Shown: positions 10,734 through 20,438, counted from the first letter of the stretch. The stretch is DNA of 64,000 bases from an uncultured Chloroflexia bacterium (GCA_963828965.1 CAWHGL010000002.1:386714-450713); one strand, 5' to 3'. Numbers and translations: made by a program. Notes: generated by a model not told the origin, from the sequence alone.

Positions 10734-11707
10734 GCCGCAGCTCCCGGGTCGTCCTCGACCGAGGCGTGGCCGGTCAGCGACAGGAACACGTCGTCGAGGG
10801 TCGGGCGGCGCAGCGCGATGTCGTCGATCTGCACGTCGGCCTCGCCGAGGTCGCGGACGATCTGCATCAGGGTCTGCGAGCCGCCGGTCGCCGGCACCGT
10901 CAGCTTGCGGGTGTGCTCGTCGAGCATCGACCGGCCGATGCCGCTCCGCTCGAGGATCGCCTGCGCCTGCTCGATGGCGGCCCGGTCGTGGACCACGACC
11001 TCGACACGTTCGCCACCGACCTGCGCCTTGAGCTCGTCGGCCGTGCCGCGGGCGATGATCTTGCCGTGGTCGACGACGGCGATCGTGTCGGCCAGCTCGT
11101 CCGCCTCCTCGAGGTACTGCGTCGTGAGCAGCAGCGTCGTGCCCTCCCGAACGAGCGAGCGGATGACGTCCCACATCCCGAGCCGGCTGCGCGGGTCAAG
11201 GCCCGTCGTCGGCTCGTCGAGGAACAGCAGCCGCGGCCGTCCGATGAGCGCGCTCGCGAGGTCGAGCCGGCGGCGCATCCCGCCCGAATACGTCTTGACG
11301 ACCCGGTCGGCGGCATCGACGAGGTCGAACTGCTCGAGCAGCTCGCCGGCGCGCTTGCGGGATTCGGACGACGGCAGCTGGTACAGCCGGCCGAACATCC
11401 ACAGGTTCTCGCTGCCGGTCAGGTTCTCGTCCACCGCGGCGTACTGGCCGGACAGGCCGATGACGTGTCGGAGCTCCTTGGCCTGCCTGACCACGTCGAA
11501 ACCGGCCACCGTCGCCCGCCCGGCGTCCGGCTTGAGCAGGGTCGCGAGGATCCGGACGGTCGTGGTCTTGCCGGCGCCGTTCGGGCCGAGCAGACCCAGC
11601 ACCGTGCCTTCCTCGACGGTCAGGTCGACGCCATCGAGAGCTCGGACCTCGGACTTGCGGGAGCGGTAGATCTTGACGAGGCCTTCGGCCGTGATCGCAG
11701 CGGTCAT
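10730..11707 (-). CDS. ABC exporter ATP-binding protein (DrrA-like)
   Basis: Walker A GPNGAGKTTT, signature YSGGMRRRL, Walker B LLFLDEPTTGLD. The C-terminal extension is typical of the DrrA/daunorubicin-type family. Confidence 0.9.
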   Translation of the reverse strand: MTAAITAEGLVKIYRSRKSEVRALDGVDLTVEEGTVLGLLGPNGAGKTTTVRILATLLKPDAGRATVAGFDVVRQAKELRHVIGLSGQYAAVDENLTGSENLWMFGRLYQLPSSESRKRAGELLEQFDLVDAADRVVKTYSGGMRRRLDLASALIGRPRLLFLDEPTTGLDPRSRLGMWDVIRSLVREGTTLLLTTQYLEEADELADTIAVVDHGKIIARGTADELKAQVGGERVEVVVHDRAAIEQAQAILERSGIGRSMLDEHTRKLTVPATGGSQTLMQIVRDLGEADVQIDDIALRRPTLDDVFLSLTGHASVEDDPGAAA

Positions 11708-11838
11708 GCCAGCCTTTCCCGACCGCGTCGGTCGGTGAGTTGGGGGAGCCACGAGTATATCGGCGCTAGCCGCGGCGTCCTGCGCGGTGCACCGAACGCC
11801 GACCACCCCGACCGACCGGCTACGCTGGCGGCCCGCCC

Positions 11839-13524
11839 ATGACCGACCTCCGCGCGCCTGCATCCGATCCCGGTTCGACCGCTCCACGCGGTGGGCGCGT
11901 CGCGACCTGGCTGGAGCGCTGGCGGCCGATCCTGCCGCTGCTCATCGCGGAGTTCGTGGTCTGGCTCGGGTTCGGCGGGCTGCTCCCGGTGCTGCCGCTG
12001 TACCTGACCGAGCACGGCATCGACCTTGCCACGCTCGGGTTGATCGTGGCCGCCTGGCCGGCCGCGCGGCTGCTGAGCGAGCCGATCTTCGGGTGGATCG
12101 CCGACCGCACCGCGCGGGTGCCCCTGATGGTCATCGGGCTCGTCGCGACCGGGATCTTCGGGGCCCTGCCGCTCGTCCTCACTGGACCGCTGGCGTTCAT
12201 CGTGCTGCGCGGCGCCTCCGGCCTGGGCGCCGCGATCTATGACCCGGCGGCGCGCGGGTTCCTGACCGATGCGACGCCCCCCGAGCGCCACGGCGAGGCC
12301 TTCGGGCTGTACGCCGCTGCCCAGATGGGCGGCCTGCTGCTGGGTCCGTCGATCGCGGCCCTCGGGGCATCGATGCTCGGCGGTATCGGCTTCGTCTTCG
12401 TGTTCAGCGCGGTCACCGCCGTCATCGCCGCGGTCGGGATCGCGCTGCTCGTCGACGAGGGATCGGTCGAGCGGCGGATGCATGCGCGGCCGACGGTGGA
12501 CCAGACCGAATTCCCCTCGGACGCGCCGTACGTGGAAGGCCGTCGCGCCCGCGACCTCGCGAGCGAAGCGCCCGGACCGGGTCAGGGGCGCCCGATGCGC
12601 CTCTTCAACCGCGGCTTGATCGCGGCCCTGATCCTCAACGTCGGGGGGACCTTCGGGGCGGGGACCTACGAGGTCGTCTGGAGCCTGTTCCTGCAGGGCC
12701 TCGGCGCCGATCTCGCCCTCATCGGGCTGACCTTCGCGATGTTCGGCCTGCCGATCCTGCTGTTCTCCCCGTTCGCCGGACGCCTGGTGGACCGCCGCGG
12801 TCCGCTCGCGTTCATCGTGGTCGGGACCGTCCTGCCCGCGCTGACCGGGATCCTGTACACGCGTCTCGTGGACCCGGCGCTCGCGGTGCCCCTCATCCTG
12901 GTCGAGGCGACCGGCTTCGCGCTGTTGAACCCCGCGCTCTACACGGTCGTCGCCGCGAACTCGCCGATCGGGCGGTCGTCGACCGCGCAGGGGCTCTTCG
13001 GCGCCGCGGGGACCCTCGGGTTCATCGTCGCCTCCCTGGCCACGGGCGCCCTTGCGGCGGTCGACATCGTCTATCCGTTCTACCTGTTCAGCGCGGTCAT
13101 CCTGGCGTGCCTGCTGATCGGCCTCGTCATCGGCGGCTCCTCCCTGCGCGGGGCTCCGAGCGGGACCCCGGCGAGGGCCGCCCCGGACGCCGCCTCTGAG
13201 CTGAGCCAGGGCGACGGCGGGACGGAGGCGTTTGACCGGAAGCCGCCGTGGCCCTATCATTCCGGGTCGCGGGGTGGAGCAGCGGCAGCTCGTCGGGCTC
13301 ATAACCCGAAGGTCGTCAGTTCGAATCTGACCCCCGCAACCAATACGCCTTTTCCTGAACCCCGGGTCCCGACCAACCCGGGGTTCAACCTTTTCGGGCG
13401 CAGGCGGCTGATCAGTGGTACAGCGCATCCCGGTCGAGCAGGTTCCGACGTCCGGCTGCGGCCCCGCCGTGGTCGGTCAGGCGGCTCGCCACTCGCGCGG
13501 CACGAGCCAGACCACAGGCCGTGA
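11839..13524 (+). CDS. MFS transporter (12 TM with a long central loop); literal ORF end is not credible
   Basis: MFS motifs (GWIADRTARVPLM). The open frame has no stop before 13524 and reads straight through the tRNA-fMet gene. The functional end is probably at or before about 13267; a +1 frame stop lies at 13197-13199. Confidence 0.7.
   Translation: MTDLRAPASDPGSTAPRGGRVATWLERWRPILPLLIAEFVVWLGFGGLLPVLPLYLTEHGIDLATLGLIVAAWPAARLLSEPIFGWIADRTARVPLMVIGLVATGIFGALPLVLTGPLAFIVLRGASGLGAAIYDPAARGFLTDATPPERHGEAFGLYAAAQMGGLLLGPSIAALGASMLGGIGFVFVFSAVTAVIAAVGIALLVDEGSVERRMHARPTVDQTEFPSDAPYVEGRRARDLASEAPGPGQGRPMRLFNRGLIAALILNVGGTFGAGTYEVVWSLFLQGLGADLALIGLTFAMFGLPILLFSPFAGRLVDRRGPLAFIVVGTVLPALTGILYTRLVDPALAVPLILVEATGFALLNPALYTVVAANSPIGRSSTAQGLFGAAGTLGFIVASLATGALAAVDIVYPFYLFSAVILACLLIGLVIGGSSLRGAPSGTPARAAPDAASELSQGDGGTEAFDRKPPWPYHSGSRGGAAAARRAHNPKVVSSNLTPATNTPFPEPRVPTNPGFNLFGRRRLISGTAHPGRAGSDVRLRPRRGRSGGSPLARHEPDHRP
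13268..13342 (+). tRNA. initiator tRNA-fMet (anticodon CAT), CCA encoded
   Basis: CGCGGGGTGGAGCAGCGGCAGCTCGTCGGGCTCATAACCCGAAGGTCGTCAGTTCGAATCTGACCCCCGCAACCA is near-identical to E. coli tRNA-fMet. C1:A72 mismatch and three G-C pairs closing the anticodon stem, both initiator hallmarks. Confidence 0.97.
13357..13395 (+). terminator. intrinsic terminator after the tRNA
   Basis: Perfect 11-bp stem GAACCCCGGGT / ACCCGGGGTTC (13357-13367 / 13376-13386) followed by AACCTTTTC. Confidence 0.8.
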
Positions 13525-14349
13525 CGGGTCCGCCCCGCAGATCAGCGCTGTCCCGCGCAGGACGTCCATGCCGAGGATGCCGGGCGGGTCGTCCATCTCG
13601 TCGCGGACGACAAGGTTCGCCACCGGCACGCGGACACCACCGACAACGACCTCGTGAGCGCCGGCCTCGGCGCCCAGCACGGCCGTCCCGCTGATGCCGG
13701 TTCCCCGGGGCCCCGCCTCCGCCGTTCGCAGACCCACCGCCGCGCGCGCGAACTCCGTCCCGCGGCCGCCGGTGTTGAGCATCGTGGCGATCGGCGGGAA
13801 CCCGGCCACGGCCGCCTGGACCGCGACGGTGGTCGTCCCGGGCGCCCGCGACAGCGTGAGCGGCCGGTGCGTGGGCACGCGCGCGGCCAGCCAGGCGTCC
13901 ACGTCGTCAGCGGCCACCGACGCGTCGACGACGACCAACCGGTTCCCCACGAGGTCGATGAGGACGCGGGCCGTCGGGTGGAGATGCTGCGGACTCAGGA
14001 ACCCACCGACGCCCCAGTCCTCGAACGGGCCGGGTTGCGCGATCGCCACGACGTCATGGAGGTCGAACCCCACGCCCGCGACCTCGATCGTGAGGTCGCC
14101 GACCGACCAGCTCGCGACCGCCGCGCCGGCATGGTCGGTGCCGTCCTCGGCCGGGGTCGCCGGGGCGCCCGCGCGATCGATGAGCGGCTTGGTCAGGACG
14201 TGATCGGTCGATCCGGTATCCAGGATGAGCCGCGTGAGCTCGCCGCCGACGCGGGCGTGGATCATCGGGGAGTGGACGACGGCGCCGCTCTCGACATCGA
14301 AGACGACCGGGACGTCGAGGATGACGTCCCGGTCGCTCGCGGTGCTCAT
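13477..14349 (-). CDS. retropepsin-like aspartyl protease, single chain with two lobes, no signal peptide
   Basis: N-lobe LILDTGSTDHVL (D-T-G-S). Second, degenerate lobe ATMLNTGGRGTEF and ILGMDVL. Co-oriented 57 nt downstream of an ECF partner gene. Confidence 0.6.
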   Translation of the reverse strand: MSTASDRDVILDVPVVFDVESGAVVHSPMIHARVGGELTRLILDTGSTDHVLTKPLIDRAGAPATPAEDGTDHAGAAVASWSVGDLTIEVAGVGFDLHDVVAIAQPGPFEDWGVGGFLSPQHLHPTARVLIDLVGNRLVVVDASVAADDVDAWLAARVPTHRPLTLSRAPGTTTVAVQAAVAGFPPIATMLNTGGRGTEFARAAVGLRTAEAGPRGTGISGTAVLGAEAGAHEVVVGGVRVPVANLVVRDEMDDPPGILGMDVLRGTALICGADPSRPVVWLVPREWRAA

Positions 14350-14406
14350 CGGGGCAGGATACGGCGCCGCCCGGCTCCGTTCGACGTCGATCCTCGGTGG
14401 GCGTCG

Positions 14407-15647
14407 TCAGGACGGCAGGGCGTCGAGGAACCGGATGCTGTCGACGACGTCGCTGGGCACGCTGCCGTTCGCGTCGAGGATCTCGAAGACGACGGTGGCG
14501 CCGTCGACCTCGGTGACGATCACCGTGTCCGCCGATCCGATCGGCTGGCTGAAGTCCCCGTCGACCCAGCTGTGGGGGACCCATCGCAGGACGTTCCCAT
14601 CAGCGCATCCCGCGGGTCCAGTCCGGCCTTGGTGGTGAGCGCCACCTGGACGGCGCGATGCCCGTCGACGGTCGTGTCCTGGGTGTCCGTGACGGTCAAC
14701 CCGTCGGACGTCGAGAGATAGGTCACGACCGCGTCGATGCCGGGATCGAGGTCGACGCGACCCTTCGCGTCGTCGCACGGGTCGACGAACCCGTCGATGT
14801 CCTTCCAGGCCTTGAATACCGACCCGTCGCTGCCTTCGAGGGAGATGGCGTCGTGCATGTTGCCGTGGCCGCGGTAGGTCCCGGCCGGGAGGGTGAACTC
14901 GAAGAACGGGGTGAAGTCCGCAGCGATGCCGGGTCCGCCGTCGCTTTCGCCGACGCCGGAGCGGATCCAGTCGCCGGGCGCGATCGCGCTCCGCGCCGAG
15001 CACTGGTCCGCGATGAGCTCGAGCGTCAGGTGGTCGGCCGAGGGCATCGACCAGCGATAGCGGCCGACGTCCTTGTCGAGACAGCCGCCGGGGGATGAGC
15101 GGGACACGAACCGGAGCACGCCCGGTTCCACCTCATCCGCCCGCGCTTCCTGGCCGAAGCTCCGGTCACCGAGGTCGATGTTGAAGCCGGGTGCCTGGGG
15201 ATCGTCCTTGAGATCGTCGAAGCGGATCGACGAGGTCGCCGACTGGGTCAGACCACCGACCGGTCGGACCGGGGCGATCCACGTTCCCACGATGGCGGCG
15301 GGGACCGGCCCGGGGGCCACGACGGCCGGGGAGGCCGCCGAGGACGGTTCCGCGGTCGAGTTCCCCGGCGAAGCGGTCGGGCCGCCCACGGCCGGCAGGT
15401 CGCGCCGGCTCATCAGGAGCGCCCCACCGACGAGCACGATGAGGACCGCCACGATGGCGGTGAGCAGGGCTGGTCGGGCCATGAGGCCGGACATGGGGTT
15501 CCACCTTCCTGGGGTGATCCAGGCAGGCCGCTGCCGGGTGCGGGCGGTCTGCCCGAGGATGTCGATGAGGTAGTCGGGCGTCCGCGGATCGGCCAGCTCG
15601 GTCAGCGCCCCTGGCAGCTGGCGTTCGAAGCGATCGATCGGGGTCAT
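14407..15647 (-). pseudogene. ECF-sigma-associated single-pass membrane protein (putative anti-sigma), extracytoplasmic Cys-containing domain; one frame break near 14592
   Basis: Start overlaps the sigma stop (ATGA). N-terminus MTPIDRFERQLPGAL...PDYLIDILGQTARTRQRPAW, then a TM helix. The C-terminus continues in ORF 14407-15003 (NVLRWVPHSW...DVVDSIRFLDALPS); the break is at a G run (ATGGGA). Confidence 0.75.
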
Positions 15648-16207
15648 GCGGATCGCCCTTCCGGCACGGCGGCGTCAGCGCTTCCACCGTCTGACCCGAC
15701 CGACGTGCGCAGCACGCCGAGCGAGCGATGGAGGCGCGACTTGGCCGTGCCCAGTGGGATCCCGAGGATGCCGGCCACCTCCGGCAGGGGCATCCCGAGG
15801 AAATAGTGGAGGACGACGATGGCGCGCCAGTCGGGCTCCAGGGCCCGGAGAGCGCGATCGAGCAGGTCACGGTCCACGACGCCGGCGCTGAAGTCGGCGG
15901 TGGACGGACCGTTGATCGGGATGAGCTCGACCTCGACCGGGCGCCGACGGCGCTTGCGGACGAGGTCGAAGCAGGCATTGACGAGCAATCGGTGGAGCCA
16001 GGCGTCGAACCGCTCCACGTCGCGCAACGTGGGCAGGTCCCGCCAGCACCGGACGAGCGCCTCCTGGACCGCGTCTCGGGCGAGCTCGTGGTCGCGGAGG
16101 ATCAAGCGGGCGGCCGCGTCCAGGCGCGCGACGGCCGCGCCGGCCAGCACGGCAAAGGCGTCATGATCGCCCCGCTGCGCTCGCTCGACGAAGTCTCGCT
16201 GGTCCAC
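15644..16207 (-). CDS. ECF (group 4) RNA polymerase sigma-70 factor
   Basis: Region 2 (FDAWLHRLLVNACFD) and region 4.2 (EVAGILGIPLGTAKSRLHRS). GTG start at 16207. Confidence 0.9.
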   Translation of the reverse strand: MDQRDFVERAQRGDHDAFAVLAGAAVARLDAAARLILRDHELARDAVQEALVRCWRDLPTLRDVERFDAWLHRLLVNACFDLVRKRRRRPVEVELIPINGPSTADFSAGVVDRDLLDRALRALEPDWRAIVVLHYFLGMPLPEVAGILGIPLGTAKSRLHRSLGVLRTSVGSDGGSADAAVPEGRSA

Positions 16208-16255
16208 GGTCGCCTCTGTTCCAGACGGTGCGGCCCCATCGGCCGCACTCGAAGC

Positions 16256-16285
16256 CTATGGCGTCAGCGTCGACGGATTCGTTCC
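16256..16285 (-). promoter_or_regulatory. putative ECF-type autoregulated promoter (GGAACGAATCC ... CCATAGG)
   Basis: The -35-like GAACG and -10-like CATAG are offset by 24 nt, about 50 nt upstream of the sigma start. The same architecture occurs upstream of four other sigma genes in the window. Confidence 0.55.
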
Positions 16286-16362
16286 GCGAGCCCCTGGTCT
16301 GTCATGCGTCCGCGAGACGCTCCGAGTGACCGACCCTCCCCGCGGACCGTCGAGTCCGTACC

Positions 16363-17658
16363 ATGCCAGCGATGGAAGCCCCGCCGGTCGCCCCCTCGCG
16401 CACCGAGCAGCTCGTGCCCGAGCTCCTGCGCGAGCCCAGCGATTTCCGGCGCCTGTGGACCGGCCAGACCATCTCGGTCATGGGCGACCAGGTCACCCAG
16501 ATCGGGCTGCCCCTGGTCGCCGTCCTCGTCCTCGGCGCGGACGCCGCCCAGATGGGCTATCTGACCGCAGCCGGTCTGCTCCCGCACCTGTTGTTCTCCT
16601 TGCCCGCCGGTGTCTGGCTGGACCGGGTCCATCACCGTCGCCGACTGATGATCTGGGCGGACATCGGGCGCGCGCTGCTCATCGCGACGATCCCGCTCGC
16701 CTTCGTCGGCAACGCGCTCGGGATGCCACAGCTCTATGTGGTGTCGTTCCTGGCCGGAACGCTGGCCGTCGCCTTTGACGTCGCCTGGAACACGGTCTTC
16801 GTGGCGGTCGTGCCCCGCGAGAAGTTCGTGAACGCGATCGCGGCGCTCAACGGCAGCCGGTCGATCGCGTCGGTCGCGGGGCCGTCGATCGGCGGCATCC
16901 TCGTCCAGGTCCTGGGCGCACCGCTCGCGATGCTGACGGACGCCATCTCCTACCTCGGTTCGGTCGTGGCCCTCCGCGGCATCCACACGCCCGAGCCACC
17001 GGTCGAGCCTGCCGAGGGCGATCTCAAGACCCAGGTCGTGGTGGGTGTCTCGTTCATCGCGCGCGACCCGTACATGCGCCCGATCCTGCTGTCCGCCGCG
17101 ACCATCAACCTGTTCAACTTCGCGGTCTCCGCCCTGTTCATCCTGTACGCGACGACGATCCTCGGCGTGAACGCCGGCGTGCTCGGCCTGACGCTGGGCA
17201 TCGGCGCTGTCGGGGGGCTGCTGGGCGCGGCGGTTGCCTCGCGGTTCGGACAGCGCATCGGCCTGGGACCCGCCTACGCGGTCGGCTGCGTCCTGTTCCC
17301 GGCCTCGATGCTGCTCGTCCCACTGGCGGGGCCGGACATGGCGATGCCGCTCATCCTGGTCCTGCTCGGGGTGGCCGAGTTCGGGGCGGGGCTTGGCGTG
17401 ATGATCCTCGACATCAACGTCGGCGCGATCATGACCGCGCGCGTACCGGACCGCATCCGATCGCGGACCGCGGGCTCGTTCCGCGTCGTCAACTACGGCG
17501 TACGCCCGATCGGCGCCCTGCTGGGTGGCGCGCTCGGGACGGCGCTCGGCATCCGTGAGGCCCTGTGGTTCGCGACGATCGCCTCGATGTTCGGGGTGCT
17601 ATGGCTCGTCGGGACGCGGATCCTGCGCCAGCGCGACCTGCCCGAGGTCGCGGATTAG
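16363..17658 (+). CDS. MFS transporter (EntS/MFS_3-like)
   Basis: 431 aa with 12 TM. N-terminal FRRLWTGQTISVMGDQVTQIGLPLVAV is typical of this MFS subfamily. Confidence 0.85.
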   Translation: MPAMEAPPVAPSRTEQLVPELLREPSDFRRLWTGQTISVMGDQVTQIGLPLVAVLVLGADAAQMGYLTAAGLLPHLLFSLPAGVWLDRVHHRRRLMIWADIGRALLIATIPLAFVGNALGMPQLYVVSFLAGTLAVAFDVAWNTVFVAVVPREKFVNAIAALNGSRSIASVAGPSIGGILVQVLGAPLAMLTDAISYLGSVVALRGIHTPEPPVEPAEGDLKTQVVVGVSFIARDPYMRPILLSAATINLFNFAVSALFILYATTILGVNAGVLGLTLGIGAVGGLLGAAVASRFGQRIGLGPAYAVGCVLFPASMLLVPLAGPDMAMPLILVLLGVAEFGAGLGVMILDINVGAIMTARVPDRIRSRTAGSFRVVNYGVRPIGALLGGALGTALGIREALWFATIASMFGVLWLVGTRILRQRDLPEVAD

Positions 17659-17713
17659 CGCCCCGCGACGGCCCGGCCATGACGGCGCGGGCGCTCGGCG
17701 CACAGGGACGGAC

Positions 17714-19005
17714 CTAGGTGCCGGCGGCGTCGGCAGCTCGTCGTGGAACCGGATGCTGTCGACGACGTCCTGCAGCGATCGACCGGCCATCGTCGAGCCC
17801 TCGTGTCGGGCGATCTCCATGACGGATCGTGGCTCCGTCGACCTCGGTCACGACGAGCGAGCCAGTCCGACGCCGATCGGCGCCGTTCCAGAAGCCGTCG
17901 GCCCACGAGCGCTGGACCCACGTCAGCACACCCGTCCGGATCGTCCTTGTTGCCGTCGAACGTCCAGCACGGCGCATGGAGGTCGTCGCCGATGCGGAAC
18001 GTCACCTCGACCGCACGATGACCGTCGATCGCCAGATCCTCGGTAGCCGTGACCGTGAACTGCGGCGACGGTGCCGATGTACCGGAGGAAGGCATCGATG
18101 CCCGGCTGCAGGTTCGCTCGGCCCTTGGTGACGGTCGCAGGGTCGACGAACCCGTCGAGATCCTTCCAGATCTTGAACGTCTGCGCGCCGTCCTGGCTGT
18201 TGACGACGATGTTGTCCCGAGCGCCCCACCAGGCGGTCCATGTCTCGCGTGGAAGGGTGAACTCGACATAGGGTCGGAAGGCGGCTGCGATCCCCGGACC
18301 GCCGACGTTGTCGTGGGCGAGCGAGTGCTGCCAGGTGCCGGGGATGATATTGCCTCGCGAGGCGCACGGGTCGGACCCGATCGCCGCCAGCGTCAGCCAT
18401 CCGCCATCCGCCGACACGGACCAGGTGTACCGGCCCGTGTCGCTCTTGGAGCATCCTCCGATCGTCGCTTCAGAGCTGAACTCGATCACGCCCGGAGCCA
18501 CCTCCTGCGACCTGCGAACGCAGGCTCTCGACACGCTCGGGCGTCTCGAACGCGAAGCCCGCGATCGGCCGGTCGGCGCTCTCCTTCAGGCCGAAGCTGA
18601 TGACGTTGGGTGGGCCGCCGCCGATGACCTTGTTCTTGGCGACCCATCCGCCCACGAGGGCCTCGGGAAGGGGTCGCGGCGTGGCGTACGCGTCCGCAGC
18701 GGCGTCCGATGCGGGCGGAGCCACCGCCGGGGCCGGTGATGTCGTCGGCGAAGTCTGGTTCGTCCTCCCCGAGCTCAGCGCGAGGCGCCCCGAGGATGAC
18801 GATGATCAGGCTGGCGAGGACCGCCAGCACGGGAAGTCGAGTCATGGTGGTTGGCCTCCAGAAGGGCCACCGCCAGGGTCGTCGGTTCTGGGCCGTCGTC
18901 CCGACTGCGTCGAGGATGGTGGCGATGGGCGCGATCCGGGGCCTCGTTCGGGCCGACGTCGAGCCAGGCTCGGGCGATCCGATCGAAGTCGCGTTCGGTG
19001 CTCAT
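17714..19005 (-). pseudogene. ECF-sigma-associated single-pass membrane protein, paralog of 14407-15647; at least six frame breaks
   Basis: Homologous segments lie in seven ORFs whose frames step 0,2,1,0,2,1,0 (19005, 18845, 18724, 18534, 18269, 17977, 17820): MSTERDFDRIARAWLDVGPNEAPDR / TM MTRLPVLAVLASLIIVILG / GGCSKSDTGRYTWS...GGPGIAAAFRPYVEFTLP / AIDGHRAVEV / VVTEVDGAT / DVVDSIRFHDELP. The 3' end is uncertain. Confidence 0.7.
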
Positions 19006-19553
19006 GCCATCCGTCCTTCGTTCGCGACGAGGCCCCGGTCATCCGCATCGATGGCGGCGCGCAGCACCTTCGTCGCGTAGTGGAGTCGAGACCGGGCCGT
19101 CCCGGGCGGGATGCCGAGCGACTCGGCGATCTCGACCAGCGGCAGACCCTGGTGGTGATGCAGGACGAAGACCGCGCGCTGCTCGATCGACAGGCGCCGG
19201 AACGCCCGATCGAGCGCGTCGCGCTCATCGATGGTGATCAGGTCATCCGGACCGGCCGGCCCGTCGACCGGCAGGACTCGGACATTGGCCGACCATGACC
19301 GGCGACGCCTGGCCTCGGCGTAGCAGGCATGGACCAGCACCTTGCGGAGCCAGGCCTCGAAGCGGTCTGGTTCCCGGAGGGCGGGAAGCTGGCGCCAGGC
19401 GTTGATGAGGGCGCCCTGCAGGGCATCCTCGGCCAGGTCGTTGTCGCGCAGGATCCGGGCGGCGAGCGCGTACATCCGGTCGCTGGTCAGCTGGACCAGT
19501 GCCCCGAATGCCTCGCGGTCGCCGCGCTGGGCCCGCTCGACGAGATCTCGCAC
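19002..19553 (-). CDS. ECF RNA polymerase sigma-70 factor
   Basis: Intact. I prefer GTG at 19553 (GAGGGA 6 nt upstream; gives an N-terminus VRDLVERAQRGD like the paralogs) over the ORF start at 19586. Region 4.2 is EIAESLGIPPGTARSRLHYA. Confidence 0.88.
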   Translation of the reverse strand: MRDLVERAQRGDREAFGALVQLTSDRMYALAARILRDNDLAEDALQGALINAWRQLPALREPDRFEAWLRKVLVHACYAEARRRRSWSANVRVLPVDGPAGPDDLITIDERDALDRAFRRLSIEQRAVFVLHHHQGLPLVEIAESLGIPPGTARSRLHYATKVLRAAIDADDRGLVANEGRMA

Positions 19554-19606
19554 CGACGCTCCCTCGGTTCGGCCCGTCGCCGCCACGTGCGGCGCCGGGT
19601 CACCCT

Positions 19607-19637
19607 CTATGAGTCGGTCGCGGGGTCGGAACGTTCA
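19607..19637 (-). promoter_or_regulatory. putative ECF-type promoter (TGAACGTTCC-N16-CATAGAG)
   Basis: Lies in the 19587-19687 intergenic region. Best match to the shared motif. Confidence 0.6.
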
Positions 19638-19687
19638 GCCGTTCCCGGTCCCCGTGCTGCGGACGGTGGCGCGTCGGGGGCGGCGGG

Positions 19688-20438
19688 TCAATCCCAGCGG
19701 AAGAAGCGGACCGTCAGGCCGATGGCGACGACGGCCCAGACGGCGAGCACGACCCAGGGACCGGACACGACCGCGGCCGAGCCGAGCGCCATCCGCAGCG
19801 TGTCGGAGAGGGCCGCGCCCGGGAGCACGCCGGCGAGCGTGGCCAGGGGCGCGGGCAGGCGGTCCACCGGCACGACGATCCCGCCGAGCAGCAGGATCGC
19901 GATGAAGAGCCCGTTCGCCAGGGCGAGCGTCGCCTCGGCCCGGAGCGTGCCCGCAAGCAGCAGGCCCAGGCCCGCGAAGGCCGCGGTCCCGAGGGCGAGG
20001 GCCACCACGAGCGGCCGCCCCCGACGCATCCGGTCCAGGCGACCAGCCGAGGAACACGACGGCGACGGCAACGAGCAGGATCGTCTGCAGGATCACGATG
20101 ACCGCCACCGAGGCGACCTTGGCCGCCACCAGCCCGCTCCGCCCCAGCGGTGACCCGCCGAGCCGCTTCAGGACGCCGTAGTGGCGCTCGTACGCGGTGG
20201 CGATGCCGAGGTTCACGAGCCCGGCCGCGACGACCGCCAGCGCCAGCGACCCGGGCAACAGGAACTCGACGGCTGACGTCCCCGGCGTCTCGACGATCCC
20301 GGTCGTGCTGAAGAAGACGAGCACCACGACCGGGATGATCGCCACGGCCAGCAGGTTCTCGCCGCGCCGGGCGGTGAGCCGCAGCTCGACCGACGTCTGG
20401 GCCAGGGCCGCCCGTCCGGGGCTCGCGGCGGCGCTCAC
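19688..20438 (-). pseudogene. ABC-2 type transporter permease; one frame break near 20045
   Basis: The N-terminal half is in ORF 19635-20438 (through VAVAVVFLGW). The C-terminal half is in ORF 19688-20071 (PLVVALALGTAAFAGLGLLLAG...). The start overlaps the ATPase stop. Confidence 0.75.

Noticed and set aside
13343-13480. tRNA-fMet as a possible integration site for a genomic island (the tRNA is followed by ECF modules and a retropepsin-like gene).
   Set aside because: I could find no integrase, excisionase, transposase or direct repeat of the tRNA 3' end by eye. Composition and codon bias do not change across the tRNA.
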